NCBI GenBank assembly: GCA_964424735.1
Contig: CAYRJU010000004.1
Location: forward strand, 16,038-80,037
Origin: an uncultured bacterium
GTDB taxonomy: Bacteria; Chlamydiota; Chlamydiia; Chlamydiales; SM23-39
Length of the DNA stretch: 64,000 bases
Direction of reading: 5' to 3'
Shown piece by piece: positions 28,720-37,775 of the stretch. Numbering within the stretch: position 1 is the first letter of the stretch; the number at the start of each line of letters is the position of its first letter. The notes beneath the pieces are model-generated. The model ran no database searches, was not told the origin of the DNA, and worked only from the letters and a program-made list of their open reading frames with translations. The position numbers and the translations under genes are program-made.

Positions 28720-29349
28720 ATGGAACCGAAAAAAACTCTCATGGCCATAAGCCTTGCTCTCGCTTTGTCTATTTTTAGCGCGGCGGCCCTGATCCAACTG
28801 GGGAGGCGTAACACCCCGGTTGTCATGAACACGAAGGGCTTTCCGTCCATTGGGCCTGCATCGGCTCCTATCGAAGTGGTTCTGATTGAAGACTTTCAGT
28901 GTAAAAATTGCAGAGATTTTAGCAAAAAGGTCTTGCCAAAACTCCAAAAAGACTATGTCAGGACGGGCAAGGTCAGATTCACCCTCGTTCCTGTCTCTTT
29001 TCTCGCTGGCTCTCAAGTCGTTGCCAACGCCACGCTAGAAGTCTATCACCAAAACCCAAAACTCTTTTTTTCCTTTTTGAAAGAGCTATTGGACTATGAA
29101 GAAGAGATCAAAAAAGAAGAGATTTTGAGACTGGCTCGTAGAATCAATGGAATTGATCTCGAAAGGCTTAAGAGTTGTATCGAGAAGCAATGCCACAGCG
29201 CCGAATTGCAGAGCAATCTTCAGTGGGCGCAGACGATGATGGGAAGTCAGTTCCGCACGCCAGCACTCTTTGTGAATGGGGCCGTTGGATCGACCTATTC
29301 GTATGAGGCCATTCAGTATCAAATCGATCAGCTGGAGAGGAAAAAGTGA
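28720..29349 (+). CDS. DsbA-family thioredoxin-fold protein
   Basis: Signal/TM segment, IEDFQCKNC (CxxC), RTPALFVNG cis-Pro loop; GGGGAGG SD. Confidence 0.88.
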   Translation: MEPKKTLMAISLALALSIFSAAALIQLGRRNTPVVMNTKGFPSIGPASAPIEVVLIEDFQCKNCRDFSKKVLPKLQKDYVRTGKVRFTLVPVSFLAGSQVVANATLEVYHQNPKLFFSFLKELLDYEEEIKKEEILRLARRINGIDLERLKSCIEKQCHSAELQSNLQWAQTMMGSQFRTPALFVNGAVGSTYSYEAIQYQIDQLERKK

Positions 29350-29726
29350 AGAAGTATCCTCTCTATTTTGCTTGGATGATCGCGTTGGTGGCCGTTTTCG
29401 GGAGCCTTTACTATGGGGAAGTCTTGCGCTTTGAGCCGTGCAGGCTCTGTTGGTATCAGAGAATGGCGATGTTTCCTCTTGCTCTTTTTTTAGGCATCGC
29501 CTTTTACAAAGACGATTTCAGAATAGCGCGGTATTGTCTCCCTCTTGTCGGAATTGGAGCGCTTTTCGCTTTTTATCATTCGGCCTCTCAGCTCTTTCCC
29601 TTCCTTCACACAAGCGCCCTTTGCGGAGAGTCGAGCTCCTGTACAACGGCAGGAATCGCTCCCTATCTCAGTTTTTGTGCTTTTGCCCTGATTGGTCTAC
29701 TCATTCTCAAGAATAAACAATTTTAA
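29346..29726 (+). CDS. dsbB: Disulfide bond formation protein B (BdbC-like)
   Basis: PCRLCWYQR motif, 4 TMs, second Cys pair. Confidence 0.9.
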   Translation: MKKYPLYFAWMIALVAVFGSLYYGEVLRFEPCRLCWYQRMAMFPLALFLGIAFYKDDFRIARYCLPLVGIGALFAFYHSASQLFPFLHTSALCGESSSCTTAGIAPYLSFCAFALIGLLILKNKQF

Positions 29727-29781
29727 AAAAATCGAAAAAAGGCGTACGCTCTCCCTTTCATCAATTTAAGGGAAAAGACCT

Positions 29782-30393
29782 ATGGCCAAGCTCTATTTTC
29801 GACATGGAACAGTTGGAAGTGCTAAAACGCTCAATCTCCTCGCTGTAGCTCATAATTATCGCCAGCAAGGAAAGAAGATCATCTTGATAAAACCCAATCT
29901 CGATGTCCGCTTTGGAAAAGAGCGGATCAAGTCGCGAGCGGGGCTTGAAATGGACGCCGATATCCTGATCACCGATGAGACCTCTTTGCGCGGAGTAGAC
30001 TATGCAGGAGTGAGTTGTATTTTAGTCGATGAGGTGCAGTTTTTGTCGGCAAAAGTGATCGAAGAGCTGAGGCGCATTGCTCTTGAATTCGATATCCCCG
30101 TGCTCTGTTATGGGCTGAGGACCGATTTCAAATCGCGTCTTTTTGAAGGCTCACAGCGGCTTTTGGAGCTGGCCGACTCGATCGAAGAGGTCAAAGCGAC
30201 CTGTCATTACTGCAACCGAAAATCGATCATGAATCTCAAGCACGTGAATGGGCTTGCGACGTCTGAAGGTCCCACAGTCGAACTAGGGGCCGAAGAAAAG
30301 TACTTTCCCACCTGCTACAAGTGCTATCGGAGAGAGCTCGACAAAGCGCGCGTTGCGAGAATGCAGAGCGCCTCTTGCGGCTGCAAGCATTAG
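29782..30393 (+). CDS. tdk: Thymidine kinase
   Basis: GTVGSAKT, ILVDEVQF, YGLRTDF, CHYC and CYKC zinc motifs. Confidence 0.95.
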   Translation: MAKLYFRHGTVGSAKTLNLLAVAHNYRQQGKKIILIKPNLDVRFGKERIKSRAGLEMDADILITDETSLRGVDYAGVSCILVDEVQFLSAKVIEELRRIALEFDIPVLCYGLRTDFKSRLFEGSQRLLELADSIEEVKATCHYCNRKSIMNLKHVNGLATSEGPTVELGAEEKYFPTCYKCYRRELDKARVARMQSASCGCKH

Positions 30394-30562
30394 AGACTGA
30401 CCACAACCTACCTTCAGTCGATTTTCGGGTTCTTTTGAGCCAATTTTCGATTCTTATTGCGGGGGTTAATATACGAGAGCTGATATGACCCCCGCAATAA
30501 GAATCGAAAATGGGCCAAAATAATCCCGAAAATCGACGAAGCGCAGGTTTGTGGTCAGTCTC
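30393..30562. mobile_element. MITE-like palindromic element, 170 bp
   Basis: 14-bp perfect TIR GAGACTGACCACAA, imperfect arms of about 75 bp, inner perfect TTTTCGATTCTTATTGCGGGGGT arm; TTA at 30390-30392 and 30563-30565. Confidence 0.82.
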
Positions 30563-30585
30563 TTAGAGTATGGCTCTCCCCCAAC

Positions 30586-31416
30586 TTAGGCAGGGGTGGG
30601 GGTCCATTCGCCCTTGGATAGGTAAAAGTTGAGTGGCAATCCAACAATCTCGAAGTAGTAATTTTTGTAGGCCTGTGCCAATTGAAAAGAGAAAGAGAGG
30701 GCAAGCTCCTTAGCCCCTTTCCCATTTCGCTGAAGATGCCCTTCATCCAAGTTCTTTACTCTAGATGGGTCGCAGTAAGATCCATGTTCATCGTATACAT
30801 CTAAGATGATGGCATCGGGATATCCCGCTTTTCTTGCAGCCTCTACAAAGCTCTTCTCTCCTTGTGCTGGGTCATAAACGTTTTCCAGTTCCTTTGGGTT
30901 AAGGATTGGAGGAAGATTTTCGCGTCTGGGATTTGGCTGAATGTTTTCAGCAATTGGAGTTCCGGGGGCATAATGTCGATTGAATGGGTCTACAGGGAAG
31001 CGAATCCCCTGTTTCTGCAAATACTTCCAATGGGCTCTTTGCAGCGCTTTGTTGAATTTGTTAAAGATGTCAAGGCCGCCCGTTAGATGGTTGATTGGCC
31101 CCTTAAACTTAGGACCTGTCTGATCGAGTGCTTCACGGTTTTTTGGAAATACCTGCTCAAAAGCATTCAGTATGACCTCTCGCTGATAACCCGCTTTCAA
31201 GGCAACTCTGGCCTGTGCCGAAAGATGCTGATAGGAAACGTTGTCCTGTTCGGCATTTACCTCTTCTTTCGTTAGAAGACGGGGGAGAGGAGGTAATTCT
31301 ACAACTTGTCTATTTTCCCAAACAGACGTATAGGGTTTTTGGAAAATATTTGTATCATAATATCTCGACAACATATCGGTATCATAAATAGGGCGATCAT
31401 CTCGAATGCTAATCAT
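30586..31416 (-). CDS. Hypothetical protein with an internally duplicated domain
   Basis: 276-aa ORF, AAGGA SD, AT-rich upstream region; two copies of LP..L...E...A.KAGY....IL...F...L..A...Y. Confidence 0.7.
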   Translation of the reverse strand: MISIRDDRPIYDTDMLSRYYDTNIFQKPYTSVWENRQVVELPPLPRLLTKEEVNAEQDNVSYQHLSAQARVALKAGYQREVILNAFEQVFPKNREALDQTGPKFKGPINHLTGGLDIFNKFNKALQRAHWKYLQKQGIRFPVDPFNRHYAPGTPIAENIQPNPRRENLPPILNPKELENVYDPAQGEKSFVEAARKAGYPDAIILDVYDEHGSYCDPSRVKNLDEGHLQRNGKGAKELALSFSFQLAQAYKNYYFEIVGLPLNFYLSKGEWTPTPA

Positions 31417-31518
31417 AATAATTTCCTTCTTTAAGCTTGTGTTTATTATATTAAAAATAAAGAAAAAAAAGAATGTTAATGAATGTTTATATATAAAACA
31501 GTTTTTTAATTGAGTGAA

Positions 31519-32817
31519 TTATTCTAGGCCGAAATGGACCTGTTTGCGCAAGAGGAAGATTCCAGTCAGGTTGAAGATGAGGAGGGCTGCCCCTGAAAGG
31601 GACATGAGCACAAAGGCTTGGGACGGTTCTACGAAGGCAAAGAGGGGAAGGGCAATGATTGCGTAGAGGTAGTAGAGGATCGGGCCCCATTTTTTCGAGA
31701 CGTAGCGGGCGCATTTGACCCCGACTACAAAGTAGGCAAGGATCGTCGTATATCCCAAGAGAAAGAGGAACGTCGGCATAAAGAAGTGCATGTAGGGAAA
31801 GTGCAGACCGAGCGCCTCTTGCACCATGAGAGCTACATCGGTATCGGTGTGCCAGTAGCCCGTAGTTAAGACGACGAAAATGCTGAGCGTGCAGATGACA
31901 AAGGTGTCGAGAAAAATGCCGATGATGGTCATGGACGCTTGTCTTTGGATTTTTTGCGTTGCGCTTTCGGCGTAGATCACAGAAGTGTAGCCGACCCCGA
32001 TGTCCCCAGAATAGGCGCCTCGCGAAAGTCCCATAGAGATGGCAAGGAGAACGGAACTGCCAGCAAATCCGCCTTTAGCTGCTTGAGGAGTAAAAGCTCC
32101 TGCAAAGATCGAGTGAAAAACGGAGGGGAGTTCATCTGCGTGCTGAAAAATGACCCAGAGGGCCATACAGACATAGGCGAGAATGAAGAGGGGAATGAGA
32201 GCGCTACAAACAGCGCCAACTCGATTGATGCCGCCTGTCGCGACGATGAGAATAGCGAGGAGAAGTCCCCCTACTACCCAATAGGGATTGAGGTTCCAGT
32301 TGGTTGAAATGCTATCGGCCATGACATTGAACATGAAAATTTCGACGCCATAGATACAAAGAAGGGTGCAGATGACAGGAGCAATCCACTTGCCCTTGTA
32401 GGCTATGGGGAGAAAAAACATGGGGCCGCCATCGTAGCTTCCGCTTGTGTTTTTGATGCGGTACTTCATTCCCAGATAAACTTCTGCGTATTGGATGAGC
32501 ATTCCGGCAAGTCCCGCAACCCAAGTCCAAAAAAGAGCGCCGGGGCCACCGATTGTTACCGCTGTGACGATCCCAACGACGTTTCCAATGCCGATACAGC
32601 CCCCAATGGCCGCAAAAAAGACCCTGATCGGATGAACTCCAATTTTAGAGCGCTCTTCAATGAGAGCAGAGTAGAAGGAGCGCAAGATAGAGAAAAATGA
32701 GCGGATCTGAAAAAAGCGGGAGCGAAAGGAAAAATAGATTCCAAGCGCCAAAATGAGGACAAAACCCACATGTCCCCATATCAATTCATTGATGTGATCC
32801 AGGATCTGAAAAGTCAT
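31519..32817 (-). CDS. Alanine/glycine:cation symporter (AgcS/DagA family)
   Basis: IGIGNVVG, GGPGALFW, GGPM; about 11 TMs; start placed at MTFQIL (32817). Confidence 0.92.
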   Translation of the reverse strand: MTFQILDHINELIWGHVGFVLILALGIYFSFRSRFFQIRSFFSILRSFYSALIEERSKIGVHPIRVFFAAIGGCIGIGNVVGIVTAVTIGGPGALFWTWVAGLAGMLIQYAEVYLGMKYRIKNTSGSYDGGPMFFLPIAYKGKWIAPVICTLLCIYGVEIFMFNVMADSISTNWNLNPYWVVGGLLLAILIVATGGINRVGAVCSALIPLFILAYVCMALWVIFQHADELPSVFHSIFAGAFTPQAAKGGFAGSSVLLAISMGLSRGAYSGDIGVGYTSVIYAESATQKIQRQASMTIIGIFLDTFVICTLSIFVVLTTGYWHTDTDVALMVQEALGLHFPYMHFFMPTFLFLLGYTTILAYFVVGVKCARYVSKKWGPILYYLYAIIALPLFAFVEPSQAFVLMSLSGAALLIFNLTGIFLLRKQVHFGLE

Positions 32818-33247
32818 TTTCCTCGATAAAGGTATTTTCCCAATAGTAGTGTTCGAGGAGCTTTTCTGTCGAGCGTTGTAAAATATGGTGGGCGATATAG
32901 AGAGCTTCGACAGAAGCAAGGCCCCATTCTGGATGAGGACAATCGGTTTGACGGCGAGGATAAGCTGTTTTGTAGCCTTGGGGAAGGCTGCGCGCTTCGA
33001 GATTCCAAGGAAGCTGTCGTTCCATAATCTGAGCCAGCCTCCAGGTTCCATCGATCAATAAAAGACCTCGATCTCGATCTGCAAGAGTTAGGGGGGGCGC
33101 CCCCACTTTCAAGAGGAGGTAGTGGGAAAGATCGGGAAGTTTGTGGATGGGATAGGTATAAAAGATGAGATCCTCTCTTTTCTCAAGGCCTCGAAGAGAG
33201 CACTTTTTTAAATTTTCTCGTCTGTGGCGTAAAATGACAGTTTTCAT
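32786..33247 (-). CDS. DUF367 / Tsr3-like aminocarboxypropyltransferase homolog
   Basis: HRRENLKKCS, LLIDGTWRLA, RSLP..YKTAYPR, LASVEAL, YYWENTF. Confidence 0.75.
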   Translation of the reverse strand: MKTVILRHRRENLKKCSLRGLEKREDLIFYTYPIHKLPDLSHYLLLKVGAPPLTLADRDRGLLLIDGTWRLAQIMERQLPWNLEARSLPQGYKTAYPRRQTDCPHPEWGLASVEALYIAHHILQRSTEKLLEHYYWENTFIEENDFSDPGSHQ

Positions 33248-35142
33248 AGGATGATTTTGTGGTCGGTGACTCTGAAGAGCTCTTTGGGGATTTCATAGAG
33301 AAAGCGGGATGGATTTGTCGGGTGGGCTTTTCCCATTTTTAGCCTGGCGCGCGCCATGCTGAGAGCGAGATGTTTTTCAGCCCTTGTGATGCCGACGTAA
33401 AAAAGGCGTCTTTCCTCTTCGAGTCCCGTCTCCTTCATGCTCTTTTCGTGGGGTAAAATCCCCTCTTCGAGCCCCACGAGAAAACAGATCGGAAATTCGA
33501 GTCCTTTTGCGCTGTGGAAGGTCATTAAATGAACGCAATCTTCTCTTTCTTTTTTAGAGGAGCTCACCTGACGGTTGAGAGTTGTATTGGCGATGAAATC
33601 TTGTAGAGTCTCCTCTTTGGACTCGGCAAGGGCATTGACACATTCTTGGACGTTTTCCCATTTGAATTCTCGCATCTTCTCCGATTTTACATCCTCTTCG
33701 ATGGCTTTTTTGTAGTTGATTTTCTCGATGAGCCATTGAAGCGCTTCGTGAAAGGGGGGATTTTTAAATCTCAAAACAGCCTCTTCGATGAGATCGACGA
33801 AGGCGCGCGTCGCTTTTTTTTCTTCTTTTTTGAGAAGGTGCCAAAGGGGGATATTTTGGGAGCGATTGACTTTCGTGAGCTCGTCGAGATAGGCATCGGA
33901 GATGCCTCTTCGAGGCACGTTGATGATTCTGAGAAGAGCTTCTTGATCGAGTGGATTGGCGATCACGCGCAAATAGGCGAGAAGATCTTTGATCTCGGCT
34001 CTTTCGGCAAACTCGAGCCCTCCAAATATTTCGTAGGGAATTCCCCGCATCCATTTTCCCTCCTGGTTTTGCCAGGAGGCTTGCAAAAGAGCCATTTCGA
34101 ATTGTCTGGAAAGGGCATTGGATCGATAGAGGATGGCCATGTCGCGCCAACGGTAATTTTGCTGTTTGAAACGGATGAGTCGATTCACGACAGCCGCCGC
34201 CTCTTCGACATCGGTTGGAGCATTGAACACTTCGATCGCTTCGAGCTCTTTCGATGTGCTCCACAAACTTTTGGCATGCCGATCCTGGTTATTTTTAATG
34301 ACCGCGTTGGCAGCTGCCAAAATAGAGGAGGTAGATCGGTAGTTTTGTTCCAGTTTGATCGTGTGATCGGCTTTGAAATGGAGGATATTTTTCACCTCTG
34401 CGCCTCGCCAGCCATAGATCGATTGATCATCATCTCCCACGACACAGAGGTTGTTGTATTTTGCGGCTAAAAGCTCCGCGAGTCGAAATTGGGCTGGATT
34501 GGTGTCCTGGTATTCATCGATCATCAGGTATTGATACCGGTCTTGATATTTTTCGAGCATAGTTGGGTGCTCTTCGAAGAGTTGGATCGTCAGGGTGATG
34601 AGGCTATCAAAACTCACCGCATTGTAGGCTCTCAAAGAAGAGTTCAGTCTCACATAGAGATCTTTGGAAAATGCATCGTGCCACGTAGCCTCTTCTGCAG
34701 ACAGTCCTTGATTGGCAGCTTCGGCAAGAGCTGCCCGAGTGGGAGCTAAAGAGGGGAGCTCTCCTTGAACGCCAAGCATGTCTCGTGCGAGCTGCTGGAT
34801 GAGCCTTTGCATGTCTTTTTCATCATACAGGCTAAATTCTCGCGTATAACCCAATTTTTCAATCTCTTTTCTCAGGACCTGCATGCAAAAACTGTGAAAG
34901 GTGCAAACAGTAACCCGCTTGGCTGTTTCTCCGATCAAACCTTCTACTCTGTGGCGCATTTCGGCGGCGGCTTTGTTGGTGAAGGTGAGCCCTAAAATGG
35001 CGTTTGGGTCAATTCCAAGGCCGATGAGATGGGCAATTCGATGGACAATGACTCTGGTCTTGCCGCTTCCCGCTCCGGCCAAGACGAGAAGGCGCCCTTT
35101 CACCGTTTCTACCGCTTTTCTCTGAGGAGCGTTCAATTGCAT
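33244..35142 (-). CDS. uvrD: UvrD/PcrA/Rep family DNA helicase
   Basis: LAGAGSGKT, TFTNKAA, IDEYQDTN, VGDDDQSIYGWRGA, LEQNYRS, HSAKGLEF, EEERRLFYVG. Confidence 0.95.
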   Translation of the reverse strand: MQLNAPQRKAVETVKGRLLVLAGAGSGKTRVIVHRIAHLIGLGIDPNAILGLTFTNKAAAEMRHRVEGLIGETAKRVTVCTFHSFCMQVLRKEIEKLGYTREFSLYDEKDMQRLIQQLARDMLGVQGELPSLAPTRAALAEAANQGLSAEEATWHDAFSKDLYVRLNSSLRAYNAVSFDSLITLTIQLFEEHPTMLEKYQDRYQYLMIDEYQDTNPAQFRLAELLAAKYNNLCVVGDDDQSIYGWRGAEVKNILHFKADHTIKLEQNYRSTSSILAAANAVIKNNQDRHAKSLWSTSKELEAIEVFNAPTDVEEAAAVVNRLIRFKQQNYRWRDMAILYRSNALSRQFEMALLQASWQNQEGKWMRGIPYEIFGGLEFAERAEIKDLLAYLRVIANPLDQEALLRIINVPRRGISDAYLDELTKVNRSQNIPLWHLLKKEEKKATRAFVDLIEEAVLRFKNPPFHEALQWLIEKINYKKAIEEDVKSEKMREFKWENVQECVNALAESKEETLQDFIANTTLNRQVSSSKKEREDCVHLMTFHSAKGLEFPICFLVGLEEGILPHEKSMKETGLEEERRLFYVGITRAEKHLALSMARARLKMGKAHPTNPSRFLYEIPKELFRVTDHKIIL

Positions 35143-35594
35143 TGCTTGAGAAGGCTCCTCATCTCATCCAAAATGTGGGCGAAGGTGGCCTGTTTTGCGC
35201 ACTGTCTGGGGATGACATTGAGTTCTACGAGGGGAAGAGAGTGGACCTGATGCCGAAAGGCTTCCCGGACGAGCCGTTTGAAGCGATTTCTCTCTGGGGC
35301 AGAGCCATACTTACTCGAGGCGCTGATCCCCAGCCGGCTCTTCCGAGCTGCCCGAAAATCTAGACACAGATAACGGCCTACGAGCCGCTTTCCCTCTTTC
35401 GATACCCTGAGAAAGTCCCGTCGTTTCAGGAGACGGGAGTGTTTAGAATATTTTAAGCGGCCAGCTTCTTTCTGCCTGCTCTGCGGCGGCGGTTGATCAC
35501 TTTGCGCCCCGAAGTGGTTTTCATTCTGGCCCGGAATCCGAAGGTCTTTTTTCGGCGGGTTTTGCTGGCTTGGTAGGTTCGTTTCATAGTTCAT
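35133..35594 (-). CDS. rnpA: Ribonuclease P protein component, possibly N-terminally extended across rpmH
   Basis: [15 protein letters not shown] and [14 protein letters not shown] (RNR motif); only usable canonical start is ATG 35594. Confidence 0.85.
   Translation of the reverse strand: MNYETNLPSQQNPPKKDLRIPGQNENHFGAQSDQPPPQSRQKEAGRLKYSKHSRLLKRRDFLRVSKEGKRLVGRYLCLDFRAARKSRLGISASSKYGSAPERNRFKRLVREAFRHQVHSLPLVELNVIPRQCAKQATFAHILDEMRSLLKQCN
35453..35587 (-). CDS. rpmH: 50S ribosomal protein L34 (absent from ORF track, 44 aa)
   Basis: [44 protein letters not shown]. Confidence 0.96.
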   Translation of the reverse strand: MKRTYQASKTRRKKTFGFRARMKTTSGRKVINRRRRAGRKKLAA

Positions 35595-35624
35595 CCGAGT
35601 TAAGCTAGGTTTTTTTAAGTTCAA

Positions 35625-35685
35625 AGTTTACCCATTCGGGGACTTATCTTCAAGACTTGAATATAAATGGTAGGCTGTGTATAAA
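35625..35685. promoter_or_regulatory. Back-to-back sigma66/70-type promoters for rnpA-rpmH and rpmJ-rpsN
   Basis: Minus strand TTGAAG(35653)-N17-TAAACT(35625); plus strand TTGAAT(35657)-N17-TATAAA(35685) with extended TG. Confidence 0.65.
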
Positions 35686-35712
35686 TATGGCCTTTGAACC
35701 TGAGGAATATTC

Positions 35713-35850
35713 ATGAAAGTTGGAGCTTCTATCAAAGCCGATCCTTCAAAAGGGGACATCATTGTCCGCCGCCAAGGAAGGATTTATGTGATCAACAAGA
35801 AAGACCCTAACCGCAAGCAGCGCCAAAAAGGGCCTGCCCGTAAGAAATAA
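35713..35850 (+). CDS. rpmJ: 50S ribosomal protein L36, zinc-free type (absent from ORF track)
   Basis: [45 protein letters not shown], with GAGG SD. Confidence 0.93.
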   Translation: MKVGASIKADPSKGDIIVRRQGRIYVINKKDPNRKQRQKGPARKK

Positions 35851-35861
35851 TAAGAGGAAAC

Positions 35862-36167
35862 ATGGCCAAAAAATCGCAAGTTGCACGACAGCAGAAACGA
35901 GAGAGAATGGTAAAAAATAAATGGGACAAACGCAAAGCCCTGAAAGAGACTATTCTCGATATGACAAAGCCCATTGACGAGAGACTCTCTGCTGTGGATG
36001 CCCTCAACAAAATGCCAAAAAATTCCTCTAAAATCCGTCTGCGCAACCGTTGCCAATTTACGGGAAGATCGCGCGGTTTCTTGCGCAAATTCAAGCTTTC
36101 CCGCCTCTGTTTTCGCGAGATGGCGAACCAAGGACTTATCCCAGGCGTCGTGAAAGCCTCCTGGTAA
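35862..36167 (+). CDS. rpsN: 30S ribosomal protein S14 (long, zinc-free type)
   Basis: [37 protein letters not shown]. Confidence 0.96.
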   Translation: MAKKSQVARQQKRERMVKNKWDKRKALKETILDMTKPIDERLSAVDALNKMPKNSSKIRLRNRCQFTGRSRGFLRKFKLSRLCFREMANQGLIPGVVKASW

Positions 36168-36206
36168 GCCATACCTCTTTGGATAAAAAGAGAAAAAAAG
36201 ACGAAA

Positions 36207-36285
36207 TAATTCAACATGTCGGGGACGAGGACGGAACGGGGCCCCGTTTCGAGGCGATCCGCTTTGTCCCCGACATGTTGAATTA
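36207..36285. repeat. Hairpin repeat family A, copy 2
   Basis: 20-bp perfect arms TAATTCAACATGTCGGGGAC / GTCCCCGACATGTTGAATTA; between convergent genes. Confidence 0.9.
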
Positions 36286-36306
36286 TATCTTCTATTTTGT
36301 ATCTTA

Positions 36307-36729
36307 TTAGACTAATTCGGTTTTGAGGGTGTCTTTGAGGGGCTTCCACTCTGGCAGCTCTTCGTGCCAGACAAAGGTTGATAGATCGATTTTTCCCGAC
36401 TTCCAGGCTTCTGTCAGAGCATCTCTACTCATAGGACCCTGTTGGTTATGAGTGGGGTCTAAGTAATACCAAAATTTATCAGAAGGGCCCTCGATGCGAA
36501 GAACGGGCTGTTTGGGCATTTGGGTAGGAATTTTTTTAGCCCCAGAGGTAAAAAAGAGGGCAAAAATCCCAAAAATGCCAAAGAAGAACCCAAGGGCAAA
36601 CCAGAGATAGGGGTTTTTCCCCCGCTTTTTGGCAAGGTAAGCAGAGAGAGTTCCCATCACAGCTGCGGTCAGAAGCATAACGGGGCTAAAGGGATTTTGC
36701 ATTTTCGAATTCCTCTTTTCTCTCATCAT
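36307..36729 (-). CDS. DUF4339 (GYF_2) domain membrane protein
   Basis: Two TMs, then WYYL...QQGP...L.....VWHEELPEW; exact start uncertain. Confidence 0.8.
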   Translation of the reverse strand: MMREKRNSKMQNPFSPVMLLTAAVMGTLSAYLAKKRGKNPYLWFALGFFFGIFGIFALFFTSGAKKIPTQMPKQPVLRIEGPSDKFWYYLDPTHNQQGPMSRDALTEAWKSGKIDLSTFVWHEELPEWKPLKDTLKTELV

Positions 36730-36795
36730 ATCTCAAGAGAGTGTTTTAGAAAAAGTTTCCCATGTTATAATGTGTTAGAACGAGGTGAGGGGTCT

Positions 36796-37218
36796 ATGTA
36801 CGATCAATTAAAAAATATGGATGCTAGAGAGATCGAACTTCCAGAAACGGTCTTTATCCGGGATATAGACACTCGGGTTTTTCAAGCGATTGCTCTACAG
36901 TGTCTAGCCAAAATCGAGGGGATTGGTCTTTTAGAGGGAACTCTCTTTGATAGCCTGCTCGGAAGAGAAATAGAGAAAGTCAAAGGCATCCACGTGGAGC
37001 AAAACCAGAAAAATCACACGGTGGAAGTGAGGGTCGAGCTCAATATCAAATATGGCGTGAATATCCCCTCAAAAGCAGAAGAGGTCCAAGAGAAATTGGT
37101 CGAGGAGATCAGCAAATGGACAGCTCTTCATGTCTCTTTGGTGCACGTCATTTTCAAAGATCTCGTGTCAGAACCAGCTAAAGCTCAAACGCAAATGGAA
37201 TTTGAAGAGGCGTTTTAA
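36796..37218 (+). CDS. Asp23/Gls24 family envelope stress protein
   Basis: V.V.VELNIKYGVNIPSKAEEVQ...I..WTALHV..VHV; GAGG SD before ATG 36796. Confidence 0.8.
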   Translation: MYDQLKNMDAREIELPETVFIRDIDTRVFQAIALQCLAKIEGIGLLEGTLFDSLLGREIEKVKGIHVEQNQKNHTVEVRVELNIKYGVNIPSKAEEVQEKLVEEISKWTALHVSLVHVIFKDLVSEPAKAQTQMEFEEAF

Positions 37219-37712
37219 TGTCAGTGAGACAGGCCATTGCCTCAGCTCTGCATCTCTTTGTGGTTTTCTTTTTTTTCACCACGGGGCTTTTTTTTGTCTT
37301 GCTTTCCTATCTACCTAGGACACGCGTTGTGATGATCGATTTTCTCTCCAACCGCTACGTAGAGTGTACAGAGATCGGCATGGGATTTTTTCTCATTGCC
37401 CTGATTTTCCTCATCGGTTTTTATGCTTTCAATCGGGGGAAATATCTGACGGTGCGTATGGGAATCAGCGCCGATCTCAAACTGGTTCATCATGCAATCG
37501 AAGACTGTTTTTCGAAAAAATTCCCCAAAAAAATTTCCCTTAAGGAGATCGAGCTCGGTCCAAAGGGGCTTCTCAGCTTCACCGTTCATCTAGCTCCCCT
37601 CGATGAATCTGCCCGGGAAGATCTCTTCATCAAGGTCGAAGAGCAGCTCGGCTGCCTTCTCCAAGAGCGCTTTGGCTATACCCAGACCTTCTATCTCATG
37701 GTCAAAACTTAA
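37218..37712 (+). CDS. Membrane protein, possible Asp23 anchor (AmaP-like)
   Basis: Two N-terminal TMs plus soluble domain; coupled to the Asp23-like gene. Confidence 0.55.
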   Translation: MSVRQAIASALHLFVVFFFFTTGLFFVLLSYLPRTRVVMIDFLSNRYVECTEIGMGFFLIALIFLIGFYAFNRGKYLTVRMGISADLKLVHHAIEDCFSKKFPKKISLKEIELGPKGLLSFTVHLAPLDESAREDLFIKVEEQLGCLLQERFGYTQTFYLMVKT

Positions 37713-37775
37713 AATTTTATTTCCAACTATTCCCTTCCTCAGGTAAAGAACGGATTAAGAGCCGTAAGGAGGCGT

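Noticed and set aside
32818-33051. N-terminal extension of the alanine symporter
   Set aside because: Unlike the rnpA case, a normal ATG (32817) exists at the expected family start
36520-36795. 232-aa extended Asp23 ORF
   Set aside because: The extension is antisense to the DUF4339 gene; SD and ATG at 36796 give a normal length
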